Below, piece after piece: positions 47,872-57,454 of a stretch of 64,000 nucleotides of DNA; position 1 is the stretch's first letter, and each line of letters opens with the position of its first letter. The stretch is from Candidatus Falkowbacteria bacterium (lineage in GTDB: Bacteria; Patescibacteriota; Patescibacteriia; XYB2-FULL-38-15). The notes below the pieces were generated by a model, which saw only the letters and a program-made list of their open reading frames with translations, did not search any database and was not told the origin of the DNA. The position numbers and the translations under genes were made by a program. The stretch covers positions 591 through 64,590 of the forward strand of contig JACRNW010000016.1 in NCBI GenBank assembly GCA_016214745.1, in the 5' to 3' direction.

Positions 47872-49020
47872 TCACTTTTTAATCGGCATTACGATGTAGA
47901 GATAATCGCTGCCCTCAACTTTTGGCCTCAAGAGTGACGGGCTGTCGGCTGAAGTTAATTCCAGCGCCACTTCTTCTGATTCCATGGCTCCGAGCCCGTC
48001 CAAGAGATATCTATAATTTAAAGTAATTTCATTTTCTTTACCCTCAACTTCCGCTTCAAGTTTTACGGTGTTCTCACCAAATTGAGAATTGGCCGAAGAC
48101 AAAACCAATTCGCCAACTTTTTCTTTTCCCGGTTTAAAACCGAAGGTGACATCAAAAATTCCGGGCTTGGCGAAAAGACTCGCGGTTTTTACGACTTTAA
48201 TAAGTTCGTTTCGGTTAAAATTGGCGCGCGTCTCATAACTCGCCGGAATAATTTGTTTGTAATCGGGATATTGGCCGTCAATCACCCGCGAAACAAGATC
48301 CACACCGTTTAGGGAAAACATTATTTGATTTTCCGCGAGATATATTTTTACCAAATTCGGCGCTTCGGGATCTTCACTGTCGCGGAAAACGGAGAGAATT
48401 CTTAAAACTTCCTGCATGGTCCTGGCTGGCACAATCACGTCACGGGAATTGGCATTTTCTCCGGCGGAAAGTTCCAGGGTTTTTTCCGCCAAACGATAAC
48501 TGTCGGTCGCGGCCACCACTACTTTTTTCTTTTGGCCGTCAAAATGCATTAAAAGACCGCTGATTTCCGGCCTGATTTCGTTTGTGGAAGTCGCAAAAAC
48601 CACTTGATTCACGGCTTCGCGAAATTTTCCAATGTCTAAACTATAAGCCGCTTCCTTGGCCACTTCCGGAATCAAAGGAAACTCGCTTGTTGCGGCGCCC
48701 CGAATCCGCGTTTCATAATTTTTACACCTAATTTCCAGTGTTTGGTCCTGCAAACTTAAATCAATCTTGTCGTTCGGCAAGGAACTGACGTAGTCGGCAA
48801 AAAGTTTCGCCGGCAGCGTTATGGCGCCGTCCTCTTCTATTTTTCCCCTCACCTCGCACTTAATGCCAATTTCAAGATTTGTCGCGAGAAGCGTAATAAT
48901 CCCCCCATCAGCTTTAAACAAAACGTTGTTTAAAATGGGGAGATTAATGTTTTTACTCGCGATGTGGCTTGAAATTAAGAGACCGCGATTTAAGTTTTCC
49001 TGTGTACAGGATAGTTTCAT
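47872..49020 (-). CDS. dnaN: DNA polymerase III beta sliding clamp
   Basis: 382 aa. MKLSCTQENLNRGL... matches the DnaN N-terminus and three-domain length. Confidence 0.9.
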   Translation of the reverse strand: MKLSCTQENLNRGLLISSHIASKNINLPILNNVLFKADGGIITLLATNLEIGIKCEVRGKIEEDGAITLPAKLFADYVSSLPNDKIDLSLQDQTLEIRCKNYETRIRGAATSEFPLIPEVAKEAAYSLDIGKFREAVNQVVFATSTNEIRPEISGLLMHFDGQKKKVVVAATDSYRLAEKTLELSAGENANSRDVIVPARTMQEVLRILSVFRDSEDPEAPNLVKIYLAENQIMFSLNGVDLVSRVIDGQYPDYKQIIPASYETRANFNRNELIKVVKTASLFAKPGIFDVTFGFKPGKEKVGELVLSSANSQFGENTVKLEAEVEGKENEITLNYRYLLDGLGAMESEEVALELTSADSPSLLRPKVEGSDYLYIVMPIKK

Positions 49021-49268
49021 ATCAATACAATATTTTATTTTATATTTTTATATTTAATAGTAATAAGCGTTTTGATTTCTGTGGATTATTTTTCTAAAAC
49101 TTTTTTGTTTAAAGGAAATTTTGATGTTTTGGTCTGTGGAAAGTTTTTTTGATTTTGTGGACGAGTGGTGGGGAAAATTTTTCGGAAGAGTTTTTTTGAT
49201 TTTTTATTCCCACCTCGCCAAATTTTAGACACAGCTTTTTCCACAGGAGTTCGGGATAACTTTTGGTT
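49021..49268. promoter_or_regulatory. Candidate oriC: AT-rich DNA-unwinding element plus at least 4 DnaA-box-like 9-mers between dnaA and dnaN
   Basis: TGTGGATTA (49080-88), TGTGGAAAG (49134-42), TGTGGACGA (49156-64), TTTTCCACA (49237-45), each with <=2 mismatches to TTATCCACA. AT-rich tract 49021-49070. Confidence 0.5.
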
Positions 49269-50633
49269 TTAATTGTTGTATAGTCTTTGTTTTATTTGTT
49301 CTATTTCTTGTTTTAGCCGATCGCTTGTTTCAACTTCATGAGTAATTTTAAGAAAAGCGTGCATTGCCGTTGTATGATCGCGGCCGCCGAGCTCGTGACC
49401 AATGGCCGGGTAAGAACTTTCTAATTCTTTGCGCATCAAATACATTACGATCTGTCGGGGAAAAGCCAAACGCTTCTCGCGGCTTTGTCCCAAAAGTTCA
49501 TCAAGTTTCAAGTCGTAAAATGCCGCTACAGTATTGATTAATTGTTTTGGCGTGGCCGATTTTCTTCCGGAGGTAACGTGGCTTTCCAAAATTCTTTTTA
49601 CCAGCTCCAGAGAAATTGGAGTATGCTGAAACTGTTCGTAAGCAATAATTTTGTTTAAGGCGCCCTCAAGCTCGCGGATATTATTTTGAATGATAACGGC
49701 GATATGATTTACGATTTCTTGATCCAGTTCCAGCCCCTTTTCGGCGCATTTTGCTTTTAAAATAGCAATACGCGTTTCATAATCTGGTTGGGAAATATCG
49801 GCGATCATGCCCCATTCAAAGCGGGAAATCAATCGTTGTTCCAGCGCCGGAATCGCTTTTGGCGGCCGGTCTGAAGTCATGACGATTTGTTTGTCTGCCT
49901 GATGAAGATCATTAAAAGTATGAAAAAATTCTTGCTGCGTTCCGTCTTTCGCGGCCATAAATTGCACATCATCAATTAAGAGCAAGTCGGGCGAGCGGTA
50001 AGTTTGTTTAAATCTTTCAGTGGTTCTGGATCTGATGGCTTGGATATAATCATTGGTAAATTTTTCGCTTGTGGTGTAAAGAACTTTTTTATTTGGGTCA
50101 GCTTCCAAAATCGCGTGGCCTATCCCCTGCAGGAGATGGGTTTTGCCAAGTCCAACGCCGCCGTAAATAAAAAGCGGGTTGTAAGTGCTCTTGCCCGGAT
50201 TTTTCGCCACGGCTTGCGCGGCAGCATGAGCCAGTTCATTATTTTTCCCCACCACGAAACTTGGGAAAGTATATTTAGGATTAAGTCCAAATCTATTGGC
50301 GGGCGCTTCGGAGGCAACGGAAGGCGCTGCGGCACGAACCGCGGTCGCGGCAGCCGGCACATCGGTTTTGCCGATTTGCGGTTTAACCAGTTCTACTTTG
50401 TAAACAACTTCTTTAATGTGGCCGCCGATGATTTTTTGTAAAGTTTTTAAAATTGATTGGTGATATTTGTTTTCCAACCACGCTTTGGTAAAAGTATTGG
50501 GTACGCCCACAATCACTTTTTCTCCATCAACAAAAGAGACGGCCGTGTTTTTGAACCAAGTGGTGAAGTTCGCTTTGGTGAGGTTCAGTTCCAGTTCACC
50601 AAGAACTGCTTGCCAAAGTTGTTGGTTAGTCAT
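49269..50633 (-). CDS. dnaA: Chromosomal replication initiator DnaA
   Basis: AAA+ Walker A GGVGLGKTHL and the C-terminal DnaA box-binding domain. Confidence 0.95.
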   Translation of the reverse strand: MTNQQLWQAVLGELELNLTKANFTTWFKNTAVSFVDGEKVIVGVPNTFTKAWLENKYHQSILKTLQKIIGGHIKEVVYKVELVKPQIGKTDVPAAATAVRAAAPSVASEAPANRFGLNPKYTFPSFVVGKNNELAHAAAQAVAKNPGKSTYNPLFIYGGVGLGKTHLLQGIGHAILEADPNKKVLYTTSEKFTNDYIQAIRSRTTERFKQTYRSPDLLLIDDVQFMAAKDGTQQEFFHTFNDLHQADKQIVMTSDRPPKAIPALEQRLISRFEWGMIADISQPDYETRIAILKAKCAEKGLELDQEIVNHIAVIIQNNIRELEGALNKIIAYEQFQHTPISLELVKRILESHVTSGRKSATPKQLINTVAAFYDLKLDELLGQSREKRLAFPRQIVMYLMRKELESSYPAIGHELGGRDHTTAMHAFLKITHEVETSDRLKQEIEQIKQRLYNN

Positions 50634-50869
50634 AAGGAGAAGATTTATTGCCGAGGATAGCGAGCGGAAAAGCGTTTACGCTTTTTCCGAGCGACACAGG
50701 CAACACGGGGGTGAAGGCCCCGTATGATCGGAAGGCGTCTCTTCTAATAATATATCACAGAAAAAGAAGTGCTAAAATAGGTGTAAAGAGGTCAAAAGTG
50801 AATAAGGTGTTGATGAATTGGGGAAAACTATTTTAAAAATTATTACGCAAAAATTAAATTATAAATTTT

Positions 50870-51124
50870 TTACTTTAAAGGGTCAAAACCTCCTTTAGAA
50901 AACGGGTTACATCGCAAAACTCGCCAAATAGCTTTCGCTCCCCCGCGGAAAACCCCATATTTTTCTATGGCCGCGTATCCATAATCAGAGCAAGTCGGAT
51001 GAAAGCGGCAAAAACCATCCGGAAAGAGGAAAGAAAAAAATCCGTGGTCAAAAGAAAGGGTTTTTTGGTAAATTTTAATGACCTTCAAAACAGTTTTTCT
51101 GGCCGCGAAGGTGAGTGTAGTCAT
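50870..51124 (-). CDS. yidD: Membrane protein insertion efficiency factor YidD
   Basis: [40 protein letters not shown], the YidD signature. Confidence 0.85.
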   Translation of the reverse strand: MTTLTFAARKTVLKVIKIYQKTLSFDHGFFSFLFPDGFCRFHPTCSDYGYAAIEKYGVFRGGAKAIWRVLRCNPFSKGGFDPLK

Positions 51125-51474
51125 TTTTTTGTCGGGTTAATCAGACCAAAGTGTTTCAGGCCAGAAATGACGTCATTTTTCAGTTCCTCGTACTTTTTTC
51201 CCGAGGCAAAAGGCAAAGCTGAGATTACAAGGTCGTATCCTGGAGCAATTTGGATGATTTTTTCCTGGATTACTTCCCGGATTTGTCTTTTTATCCGGTT
51301 TCGTACCGTGGCAAGCTTTGAAACTTTAGTCCCGACCACAATGCCAAAGCGGGAAACAGCCCGGCTGTTTTCTAAAATCTTAAAACCGAGAATTTTTGTA
51401 TAGAAAGACCGTCCCCTTTTCCAGATTTTTTGAAAATCTTTGTCAGATAGCAGGCGATGGGGTTTGGATAACAT
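51121..51474 (-). CDS. rnpA: RNase P protein component
   Basis: RnpA motifs ([21 protein letters not shown]). Upstream of yidD as in the conserved rpmH-rnpA-yidD operon. Confidence 0.85.
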   Translation of the reverse strand: MLSKPHRLLSDKDFQKIWKRGRSFYTKILGFKILENSRAVSRFGIVVGTKVSKLATVRNRIKRQIREVIQEKIIQIAPGYDLVISALPFASGKKYEELKNDVISGLKHFGLINPTKK

Positions 51475-51487
51475 GTTTTTGGTCTTT

Positions 51488-51628
51488 TTAGACGGTTAAT
51501 CTTTTTCTTCCCTTAGCCATTCTTCTTTTCAGGGTGTTGCGGCCGCCGGGAGTGGACATCCGGCGCAAAAAACCGTGCACTTTTTTGCGGCGAAGTTTTT
51601 TGGGCTGATAAGTTCTTTTTGTTGCCAT
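51488..51628 (-). CDS. rpmH: 50S ribosomal protein L34
   Basis: Hand-translated minus strand: [46 protein letters not shown] (46 aa, below the ORF-track cutoff). Confidence 0.85.
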   Translation of the reverse strand: MATKRTYQPKKLRRKKVHGFLRRMSTPGGRNTLKRRMAKGRKRLTV

Positions 51629-51649
51629 AAAATTTTTACAAATTATTAA

Positions 51650-51757
51650 CTACAAATTACAAATCATTTACAAATATACAAATAACGGGGAAAGAGTTTC
51701 GCTAGATTAACGTGTTGGCAAGGATTTGTATATTTGTACCGAATTTGTAATTTGTAG
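51650..51757. mobile_element. MITE-like element, copy B (same TACAAAT inverted-repeat family as 16324-16432)
   Basis: Left arm CTACAAATTACAAATCATTTACAAATATACAAATA (51650-51684) is 34/35 identical to the reverse complement of the copy-A right arm. Its own inverted partner lies at 51724-51757. Confidence 0.55.
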
Positions 51758-51768
51758 TATTGTAATAA

Positions 51769-52269
51769 TTAAATTCTTTCTAAAATTTTTAATTCCAATT
51801 TGTCGGTTTCGGTGTCGTAGACCGCAAAAGTCGCTTTATAAAACATTCCCGCTAAAGTTCCCGGATTTACAAGCCGCGTCTGGCCAATTTTTTCTTCCCA
51901 GGGTTTGTGCGTATGGCCGTAAAAGACTAAATCAAACGTGCCTTTTTTGGCTAATTCTTGCGCTTTTTCCGGAAAATGAGTAAAAGCGATTTTCTTTCCG
52001 TCCACTTCAATTTTTCCTATCTCGCCGTGGATTTTAACATTCGGAAAATTTTTCGCGACTTTCTCTAAAAGTTCTGGATCGCCGACATTTCCATGGACAA
52101 AATGGAACTCACCGGAAAATTTCGGCATTATGACCTGGGACAAAACAGACGGAGCCGCCAGATCGCCGCAATGAATGATAAATTTAATGTTTTCCCGGCT
52201 AATCCAGTCCAGCGCTTTTTCTATGTTGGGCAGATTGTCGTGGCTGTCGGATAAAATTGCGATGCGCAT
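51769..52269 (-). CDS. Metallophosphoesterase (YfcE/MJ0936 family)
   Basis: MRIAILSDSHDN...GDL..HGNVGD...GHTH metal-binding motifs. Confidence 0.8.
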   Translation of the reverse strand: MRIAILSDSHDNLPNIEKALDWISRENIKFIIHCGDLAAPSVLSQVIMPKFSGEFHFVHGNVGDPELLEKVAKNFPNVKIHGEIGKIEVDGKKIAFTHFPEKAQELAKKGTFDLVFYGHTHKPWEEKIGQTRLVNPGTLAGMFYKATFAVYDTETDKLELKILERI

Positions 52270-53549
52270 TACTTTATCGCCAAATTTTTAAGAAGTTGAA
52301 CTGCTTTTCGATTTTTGATGATGTTTGATAAGTATTGTTTTGACTCTTCGGAGCGGACGCGTTCTAAAAGATCAGGCTCGTTTTTGTAGGCCTCGGTGAG
52401 TTTCATCACTTCTTCTTCAATTTCCGCCGCCGTGGCTTCAATTTTTTCCGCCGACGCGATTTCTTTTATGGCTAACGCGGTTTTTATCCGCTCCACGGCC
52501 CGCGGCGCGAGATCTAACATTAACTGGGCTTCCGTTTTTTTGATATTTTTCAAATAATCTTCAAAATTTACGCCGCGTTCAGCCAAAGATTCCTCAAGTT
52601 CGTGGACCATTTTATGGGCTTCGGAGTTTACGAGCGAGTCAGGAATATCTTCAATCCGAGAATCGGCCACAACCTGCTTTAAAGTTTCTTCTTCCAGGCG
52701 CGCTTCTTCCTGATTTTCCATTTCAGCGAGCAAATTGCGCCGGATCAAAATTTTAAGAGCATCAAGCGTCTCTTGGCCCAAGGTTTTCGCAAAATTATCG
52801 TCTAAAGCCGGGGGTTGGAGCTCAAAAACTGAAGTAACTTTTACTTTGAAATCAACGGTTTTTCCGGCGATATTTTTTTGATAATGTTCTTTTGGGAAAG
52901 GCAGGGAAAATTCCTTGTGTTCGCCAGCCGAAAGACCGAGAAGTTGGTCGGTTAAGCCGGGAACGTAGTAGGCTTCGCTCATAAAAACCGCGTGATTTTT
53001 GGCTTGACCGCCCTCAAGCGGTACTTTATCCAAAAACATATCCATATCAATTACCATTTTATCGGTTTTTCCCGCCGGACGGTTGGCTAAAATCTCTTTG
53101 GTTTGCATTTTTTGGATTTCGCGCAGGGCCGCGTCAACTTTTTCTTCAGCAACCTCGTTTTTTTTGCGAGAAATCTTGATTTTGTGATAATCGCCCAATT
53201 TTATTTTGGGGACAAGCGCAACTTTTGCCTTATAAATCAAAGGATTTCCCGGAGCCAGTTTTACGATGGAGATTTCTGGCGAGCCGAGAGTTTCCAAATG
53301 TTCATCTTTTATGACTTTTGGATAAGTTTTTTCCACAGCGAGCTCAGCGGCTTTTTCATAAATTGTCATTTCGCCGACATGTTTTGCCAAAACATCAAAA
53401 GGAACTTTTTCCGGACGGAAACCGTCAATTTTTGTTTCAAGAGCAAGCATGGCTGCCGCTTTGTCTAAAAAATTTTTTAATTCTTCGGCCGGAATTTCAA
53501 TTTCCAATTCCAGCGTATTCTTTTGCGCGGTTTTAGAATTTATTTGCAT
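52269..53549 (-). CDS. tig: Trigger factor
   Basis: 426 aa. GFRPEKVP ribosome-binding motif region and PPIase/C-terminal domains. Confidence 0.85.
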   Translation of the reverse strand: MQINSKTAQKNTLELEIEIPAEELKNFLDKAAAMLALETKIDGFRPEKVPFDVLAKHVGEMTIYEKAAELAVEKTYPKVIKDEHLETLGSPEISIVKLAPGNPLIYKAKVALVPKIKLGDYHKIKISRKKNEVAEEKVDAALREIQKMQTKEILANRPAGKTDKMVIDMDMFLDKVPLEGGQAKNHAVFMSEAYYVPGLTDQLLGLSAGEHKEFSLPFPKEHYQKNIAGKTVDFKVKVTSVFELQPPALDDNFAKTLGQETLDALKILIRRNLLAEMENQEEARLEEETLKQVVADSRIEDIPDSLVNSEAHKMVHELEESLAERGVNFEDYLKNIKKTEAQLMLDLAPRAVERIKTALAIKEIASAEKIEATAAEIEEEVMKLTEAYKNEPDLLERVRSEESKQYLSNIIKNRKAVQLLKNLAIK

Positions 53550-53949
53550 TGTTGTTTTAGAAAATTAGATTAGGTTTTCTTTGGTAAGTTTAAAGAAAAT
53601 TCATTTTTTTGTCAACGGCAAAAGAGGAAATCCACAAAATATCCACAGGGGGGCTAATCCTCGAATAAACCCCAGCACCAAAGCCCGGAGATGGGCGGAT
53701 ATTAATCAATATATAAATCACGGAAACGCCTGCGGCTTTCTTTTACTAAAATTGTTTGTTTGGAGAAAGGCTTGGTGCGGGGTTACCGCGCCCGACTTCG
53801 CCTTGACACGTAATTTGTGAGTAATTATGGATAGTTCTTTAAAGAAACTAATAAACAATTTTATTGGAAAAATGGCGAAGTCAAGGCGGGCGGGTTAACT
53901 GCCAAAAAATTTTCCGTGGCAAGGCCTTGAAAATTTTTGGCCAGTTAAT

Positions 53950-53980
53950 AAAAAAAGCCTCACGATGTGTAGTCGTGGGG
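53950..53980 (-). terminator. Intrinsic terminator of GC-rich island 4 (minus strand)
   Basis: CCTCACGA tgtgtag TCGTGGGG stem, followed on the minus strand by T6. Confidence 0.6.
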
Positions 53981-53986
53981 CGTGGT

Positions 53987-54247
53987 TTAGAAGGAGAGCG
54001 GCTTGCCGCACAGCAGACATTGGCCGGGGTCTGTTCCTCCCGTCGGGTTTCCGAAGCCGCAGTGGGGGCACCTCACGCGGTTCGGCATCTCGGGAGCGTC
54101 TGAGGCGAACAGAAAGTCCACTTCCAGAGATTCTCCCTCAACTTCTCCTTCCGACGGCAGAGAAGTGTCGGGATTGCCGTGGAGAAGCCATGCGCTGATC
54201 GTGGCTTCGTCGGCCGGACAGGGTCTTCTGATTTCCCTTGTGCTCAT
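53987..54247 (-). CDS. Small zinc-ribbon protein (86 aa), GC-rich island 4 gene 2
   Basis: C-terminal CPHCGFGNPTGGTDPGQCLLCGKP zinc ribbon. RBS GTGAGGAGACCATG overlaps the upstream stop. Replaces the 151-aa ORF-track call, whose N-terminus is out of frame with the RBS. Confidence 0.5.
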   Translation of the reverse strand: MSTREIRRPCPADEATISAWLLHGNPDTSLPSEGEVEGESLEVDFLFASDAPEMPNRVRCPHCGFGNPTGGTDPGQCLLCGKPLSF

Positions 54248-54254
54248 GGTCTCC

Positions 54255-54491
54255 TCACTTCCCGACCCGTTCGCGAAACCACAGGCAGAGGGCGTAGAAG
54301 CTCTGCTCGGCTTCGTCGCCCAAAATGGCCCCGAGCGGCAAAGGCCGCCGGCCGCGTTCCGCGACGACGGTTTGGCCAAACGCTCCGCAGCGTTCACGGA
54401 ATTCAATATCCAGTTCCGTTGCCCCGATAAAAAAGTTGGCACGGCGTTGCATTTCGCCGATTTGGCCGATTGCTTCTTCTAGTTCCACCAT
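54255..54491 (-). CDS. Small hypothetical protein (78 aa), GC-rich island 4 gene 1
   Basis: Strong RBS AAAAAGGAGGGAGGAGATG. ~62% GC. Confidence 0.5.
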   Translation of the reverse strand: MVELEEAIGQIGEMQRRANFFIGATELDIEFRERCGAFGQTVVAERGRRPLPLGAILGDEAEQSFYALCLWFRERVGK

Positions 54492-54557
54492 CTCTCCTCC
54501 CTCCTTTTTCCGTTTTTGGTACGGCGATTTCCCTTCGTTGGTTTTTATTTATAATGT

Positions 54558-54586
54558 AGAATACATGTTTTTAAATTTTTTGTCAA
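54558..54586 (-). promoter_or_regulatory. Candidate promoter (TTGACA-17-TATTCT, minus strand) for island 4
   Basis: Hexamers read on the minus strand, immediately downstream of the 54594-54622 terminator. Confidence 0.4.
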
Positions 54587-54593
54587 GATTGAA

Positions 54594-54622
54594 ATAAAAA
54601 AAGGCCGTTTTGGCCGTTTTTG
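54594..54622. terminator. Bidirectional terminator-like hairpin (AAAAAAAGGCCGTTTTGGCCGTTTTTG)
   Basis: Short GGCC/GGCC stem flanked by A and T runs. Confidence 0.45.
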
Positions 54623-54648
54623 AAATATAAATTTTTGAAGCAAGGGTT

Positions 54649-54963
54649 TTAGTGGGTATCTTCTTTTGATCTTTCCAAAATTAGTTTGGCTTCTTCTTTA
54701 GCGCAAGCTTCCTCTTCTTTTGAGATTTTTTTCATTTCTTCCTCTGTCAAAATTTTAGAACCCTCAACAATTTCTGTTAAGAAGTCCGTGTAAGCCGACC
54801 ACGAATCAAACAATTCCTCTTCATGACCAGGTTTTCTTTGGCCAAGGGATAAAAGAGCTTGTTTCAAATGATAATCTCTTGCCAAATTTCTAAGAGTTCT
54901 TTCAGCTTTTTGTTTTTCTGCTTCCAACTCAGATTCGCGGCGCGCGGATGTTTCTCTCGCCAT
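54649..54963 (-). CDS. Hypothetical charged/coiled-coil protein
   Basis: 104-aa ORF rich in E/K. No family recognised. Confidence 0.4.
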   Translation of the reverse strand: MARETSARRESELEAEKQKAERTLRNLARDYHLKQALLSLGQRKPGHEEELFDSWSAYTDFLTEIVEGSKILTEEEMKKISKEEEACAKEEAKLILERSKEDTH

Positions 54964-54974
54964 AAATTTTAAGA

Positions 54975-55583
54975 CTATTTTTTTATAATTTTATCAACAA
55001 TTCCATACTTCAACGCCTCATCCGCGGTCATAAAGTAGTCGCGGTCCGTGTCTTTTTCAATTTTTTCTCGTGCCTGGCCGGTGTGTTTAGATAAAATTTC
55101 ATTCAGGCGATCTCTAATTCGCAAAATTCTTTCCGCTCGAATTTTAATATCAATCGCTTGGCCTTCGGCGCCGCCCATAACTTGATGAATCAAAATTTCC
55201 GAATTTGGCAGGGCAAATCTTTTACCCTTTGCTCCCGCGGCGAGTAAGGTGGCCGACATACTCGCGGCCAAACCGACGCAAATTGTGGAAACATCGGGCT
55301 TGATGTATTGAATTGTATCGTAAATCGCGAGTCCAGCCGTGACTGATCCGCCGGGGCTATTGATGTACAACTTAATATCTTTTTCTTTGTCTTGGCTTTC
55401 CAAAAATAAAAGCTGGGCGATGATTGTGTTTGCCACGCCGTCGTCCACCGTGTCGCCCAAAAAGACGATCCGGTCTTTCAAAAGTCTTGAATAAATATCA
55501 TAAGCCCGTTCGCCGTAAGTTGATTTTTCAATTACGGTCGGGATAAGATGCTGGTAATTTATTTCGTTATTTTTTGTCGTCAT
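54975..55583 (-). CDS. clpP: ATP-dependent Clp protease proteolytic subunit
   Basis: [11 protein letters not shown] (Ser active-site region) and the His/Asp catalytic motifs. Confidence 0.95.
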   Translation of the reverse strand: MTTKNNEINYQHLIPTVIEKSTYGERAYDIYSRLLKDRIVFLGDTVDDGVANTIIAQLLFLESQDKEKDIKLYINSPGGSVTAGLAIYDTIQYIKPDVSTICVGLAASMSATLLAAGAKGKRFALPNSEILIHQVMGGAEGQAIDIKIRAERILRIRDRLNEILSKHTGQAREKIEKDTDRDYFMTADEALKYGIVDKIIKK

Positions 55584-55611
55584 ATTTTATTATTTTAATT
55601 TTTAATTTTAT

Positions 55612-55998
55612 TTAGGCCGCTTCTTTCTGCTCTCTTGGTTTGGCCGGTTTTAATCCCTTGCGGTGACCGCGTTGCCAGCCGCGCGCAGCTCGTCTGCTCT
55701 TCTTGCCGCTTGGTCGATTTGTTTCAGCCATAACTACATCTTCCCGCGCAGTTTTTTTATCCAGAGTTTCAGTAATTTGTTCGGTCGTCCAGTCTTCTGG
55801 CGGCGGAACGCCGAGCGCCCCTTCATATTTAGCCGCCGACTCTTTGTGCAGCCGCTCCAAATCTTCCCGCTCTTGCTTTTCTTCTTCCCACCAGTCAGAT
55901 GTTTTTAATTTAGCTTCTTTCTTGCGTTTTTTATCAATTTGTTCTATCGTTCTGCTCTCTTCTCTAAAGATTCCCGGGCCAAAAATTTCTCGCGCCAT
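55612..55998 (-). CDS. Hypothetical highly charged protein
   Basis: 128-aa ORF. No family recognised. Confidence 0.4.
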   Translation of the reverse strand: MAREIFGPGIFREESRTIEQIDKKRKKEAKLKTSDWWEEEKQEREDLERLHKESAAKYEGALGVPPPEDWTTEQITETLDKKTAREDVVMAETNRPSGKKSRRAARGWQRGHRKGLKPAKPREQKEAA

Positions 55999-56072
55999 AT
56001 ATTTGGTAGTTAATGGTTAATAGTTCACAGTTCACAGAAGTTTTTGTCCATGAACTCTGAACTATGAACTAT

Positions 56073-57038
56073 TTACTCTATTCTCCATCCGCCATCTATT
56101 TTAACTAATTTTCCCGGAATGGTAAACCCGGCCGCTTTGGCGTGCCCACCACCACCGAAAGTTTTGGCGAGACGGGAAACATCAATCCCCTCAGTTGTGG
56201 TTCGGAAACTTCCTTTTATTTTTCCGTCTTCCAGGGCCTTTAGAACCAAAACCATTTTTGCCCCTTTCAGATTATTCAAAAAATTCGTCACGCCATCAAG
56301 CGCTTCTTCATCCAAGTTGGCTAATTCCAAATCTTCTTTCGTAATTATGGTCGTGACAACGCCCAATTCTTTATTCTCGGTCAGCCGCGACAAAATTGTT
56401 CCCCAAAATTTTAAAACATCCAGAGATTTGTTTTTTAAAACGTTAGTTGAGATCTCATTTAATTTTGCGCCGCGCGAAAGAAGTTTTCCGGCGGCTTCAA
56501 GCGAAGCAAAAGTTGTCGCGGGATTGCTGAAATTCGCCGTGTCGGTAATTAAGCCGGTAAGAAGTAAGGTGGCGGCGTTTTTACTCACCGGAAAATTAAG
56601 TTCTTCAAAAAGAGTAAAAACAATTTCCGCGGTGGAAGATGATTCCGGATTAACAATATTTATCGCGCCAAAGTTTTCGTTAGTTTGATGATGGTCAATG
56701 TTTAAAATTGAGGTGCTAGGCGGGAGAGCGCGAAGTTCCGCTTCAATCCCCGTCTGTTTCAGGTCACCGCAATCCAAGATGGCGATTAAATCAAAGTCAG
56801 CAAGATTAATTTCTCCAAAATTACTTTTAACTTTAGTTCTTCCGGGCAAAAAATCAGCGGTGGAAGAAATCGGGCCAAGGGCAAAAAAAGTATTGGCCTT
56901 GCCGAGCGTGTCCAGGAATTCCGAAAAAGCCAAGCCGGAACCAAGCGCGTCGCCGTCGGGTTTTTGGTGGGTTAAAACCAGAATTTTTTTTGCAGCTAAA
57001 ATTAGCTGTTCTAATTTGTTAATTAATATTTGATTCAT
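56073..57038 (-). CDS. nrnA: DHH/DHHA1 phosphoesterase, NrnA-like (oligoribonuclease / pAp phosphatase)
   Basis: LVLTHQKPDGDALGS, DHHQ motifs and DHHA1 C-terminal GGGH. Confidence 0.8.
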   Translation of the reverse strand: MNQILINKLEQLILAAKKILVLTHQKPDGDALGSGLAFSEFLDTLGKANTFFALGPISSTADFLPGRTKVKSNFGEINLADFDLIAILDCGDLKQTGIEAELRALPPSTSILNIDHHQTNENFGAINIVNPESSSTAEIVFTLFEELNFPVSKNAATLLLTGLITDTANFSNPATTFASLEAAGKLLSRGAKLNEISTNVLKNKSLDVLKFWGTILSRLTENKELGVVTTIITKEDLELANLDEEALDGVTNFLNNLKGAKMVLVLKALEDGKIKGSFRTTTEGIDVSRLAKTFGGGGHAKAAGFTIPGKLVKIDGGWRIE

Positions 57039-57372
57039 CTTCTTTGACTTGGTTAATCAAATTTTCCACCACTTCGGCCTTTTTCTCCGTGATGTCTATT
57101 TTAAAGGTAATTTTTGGGACAAACTTTGTCGCCATCTTTCTGAATAGGTTTTTTTGAAATTCGCGGACGGCGCGGCCGGCGATTGTAAGGCATGTTCCTG
57201 TAAATTTTTCCGGCAAAACCGAAAGCCAGACCGTGGCGTATTTCAGGTCGTCCGAGACTTTGGCCCGGGTGATGGTGACAAGGCATCCGAGAGGAAACTC
57301 CACTTCCCGGCTGAAAAACACGCCCAGTTCCCGGATAATCAGTTCTTCAAATTGTTCGGTGCGTAAAGACAT
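57019..57372 (-). CDS. rbfA: Ribosome-binding factor A
   Basis: 117 aa with an RbfA-like KH fold sequence. Confidence 0.8.
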   Translation of the reverse strand: MSLRTEQFEELIIRELGVFFSREVEFPLGCLVTITRAKVSDDLKYATVWLSVLPEKFTGTCLTIAGRAVREFQKNLFRKMATKFVPKITFKIDITEKKAEVVENLINQVKEDESNIN

Positions 57373-57454
57373 ATAAGATAATTTATGAATAACCTATCTT
57401 AATACTATCACGAAATCTTGTCAAAGATATACTTAAATTGTAGAATATATCAAT

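Noticed and set aside
53987-54442. Single 151-aa minus-strand ORF from the six-frame track
   Set aside because: An in-frame internal ATG (54247) with an SD directly after the stop of an upstream 78-aa ORF gives a more parsimonious two-gene model. The N-terminal 65 aa of the 151-aa ORF overlap the other gene out of frame.
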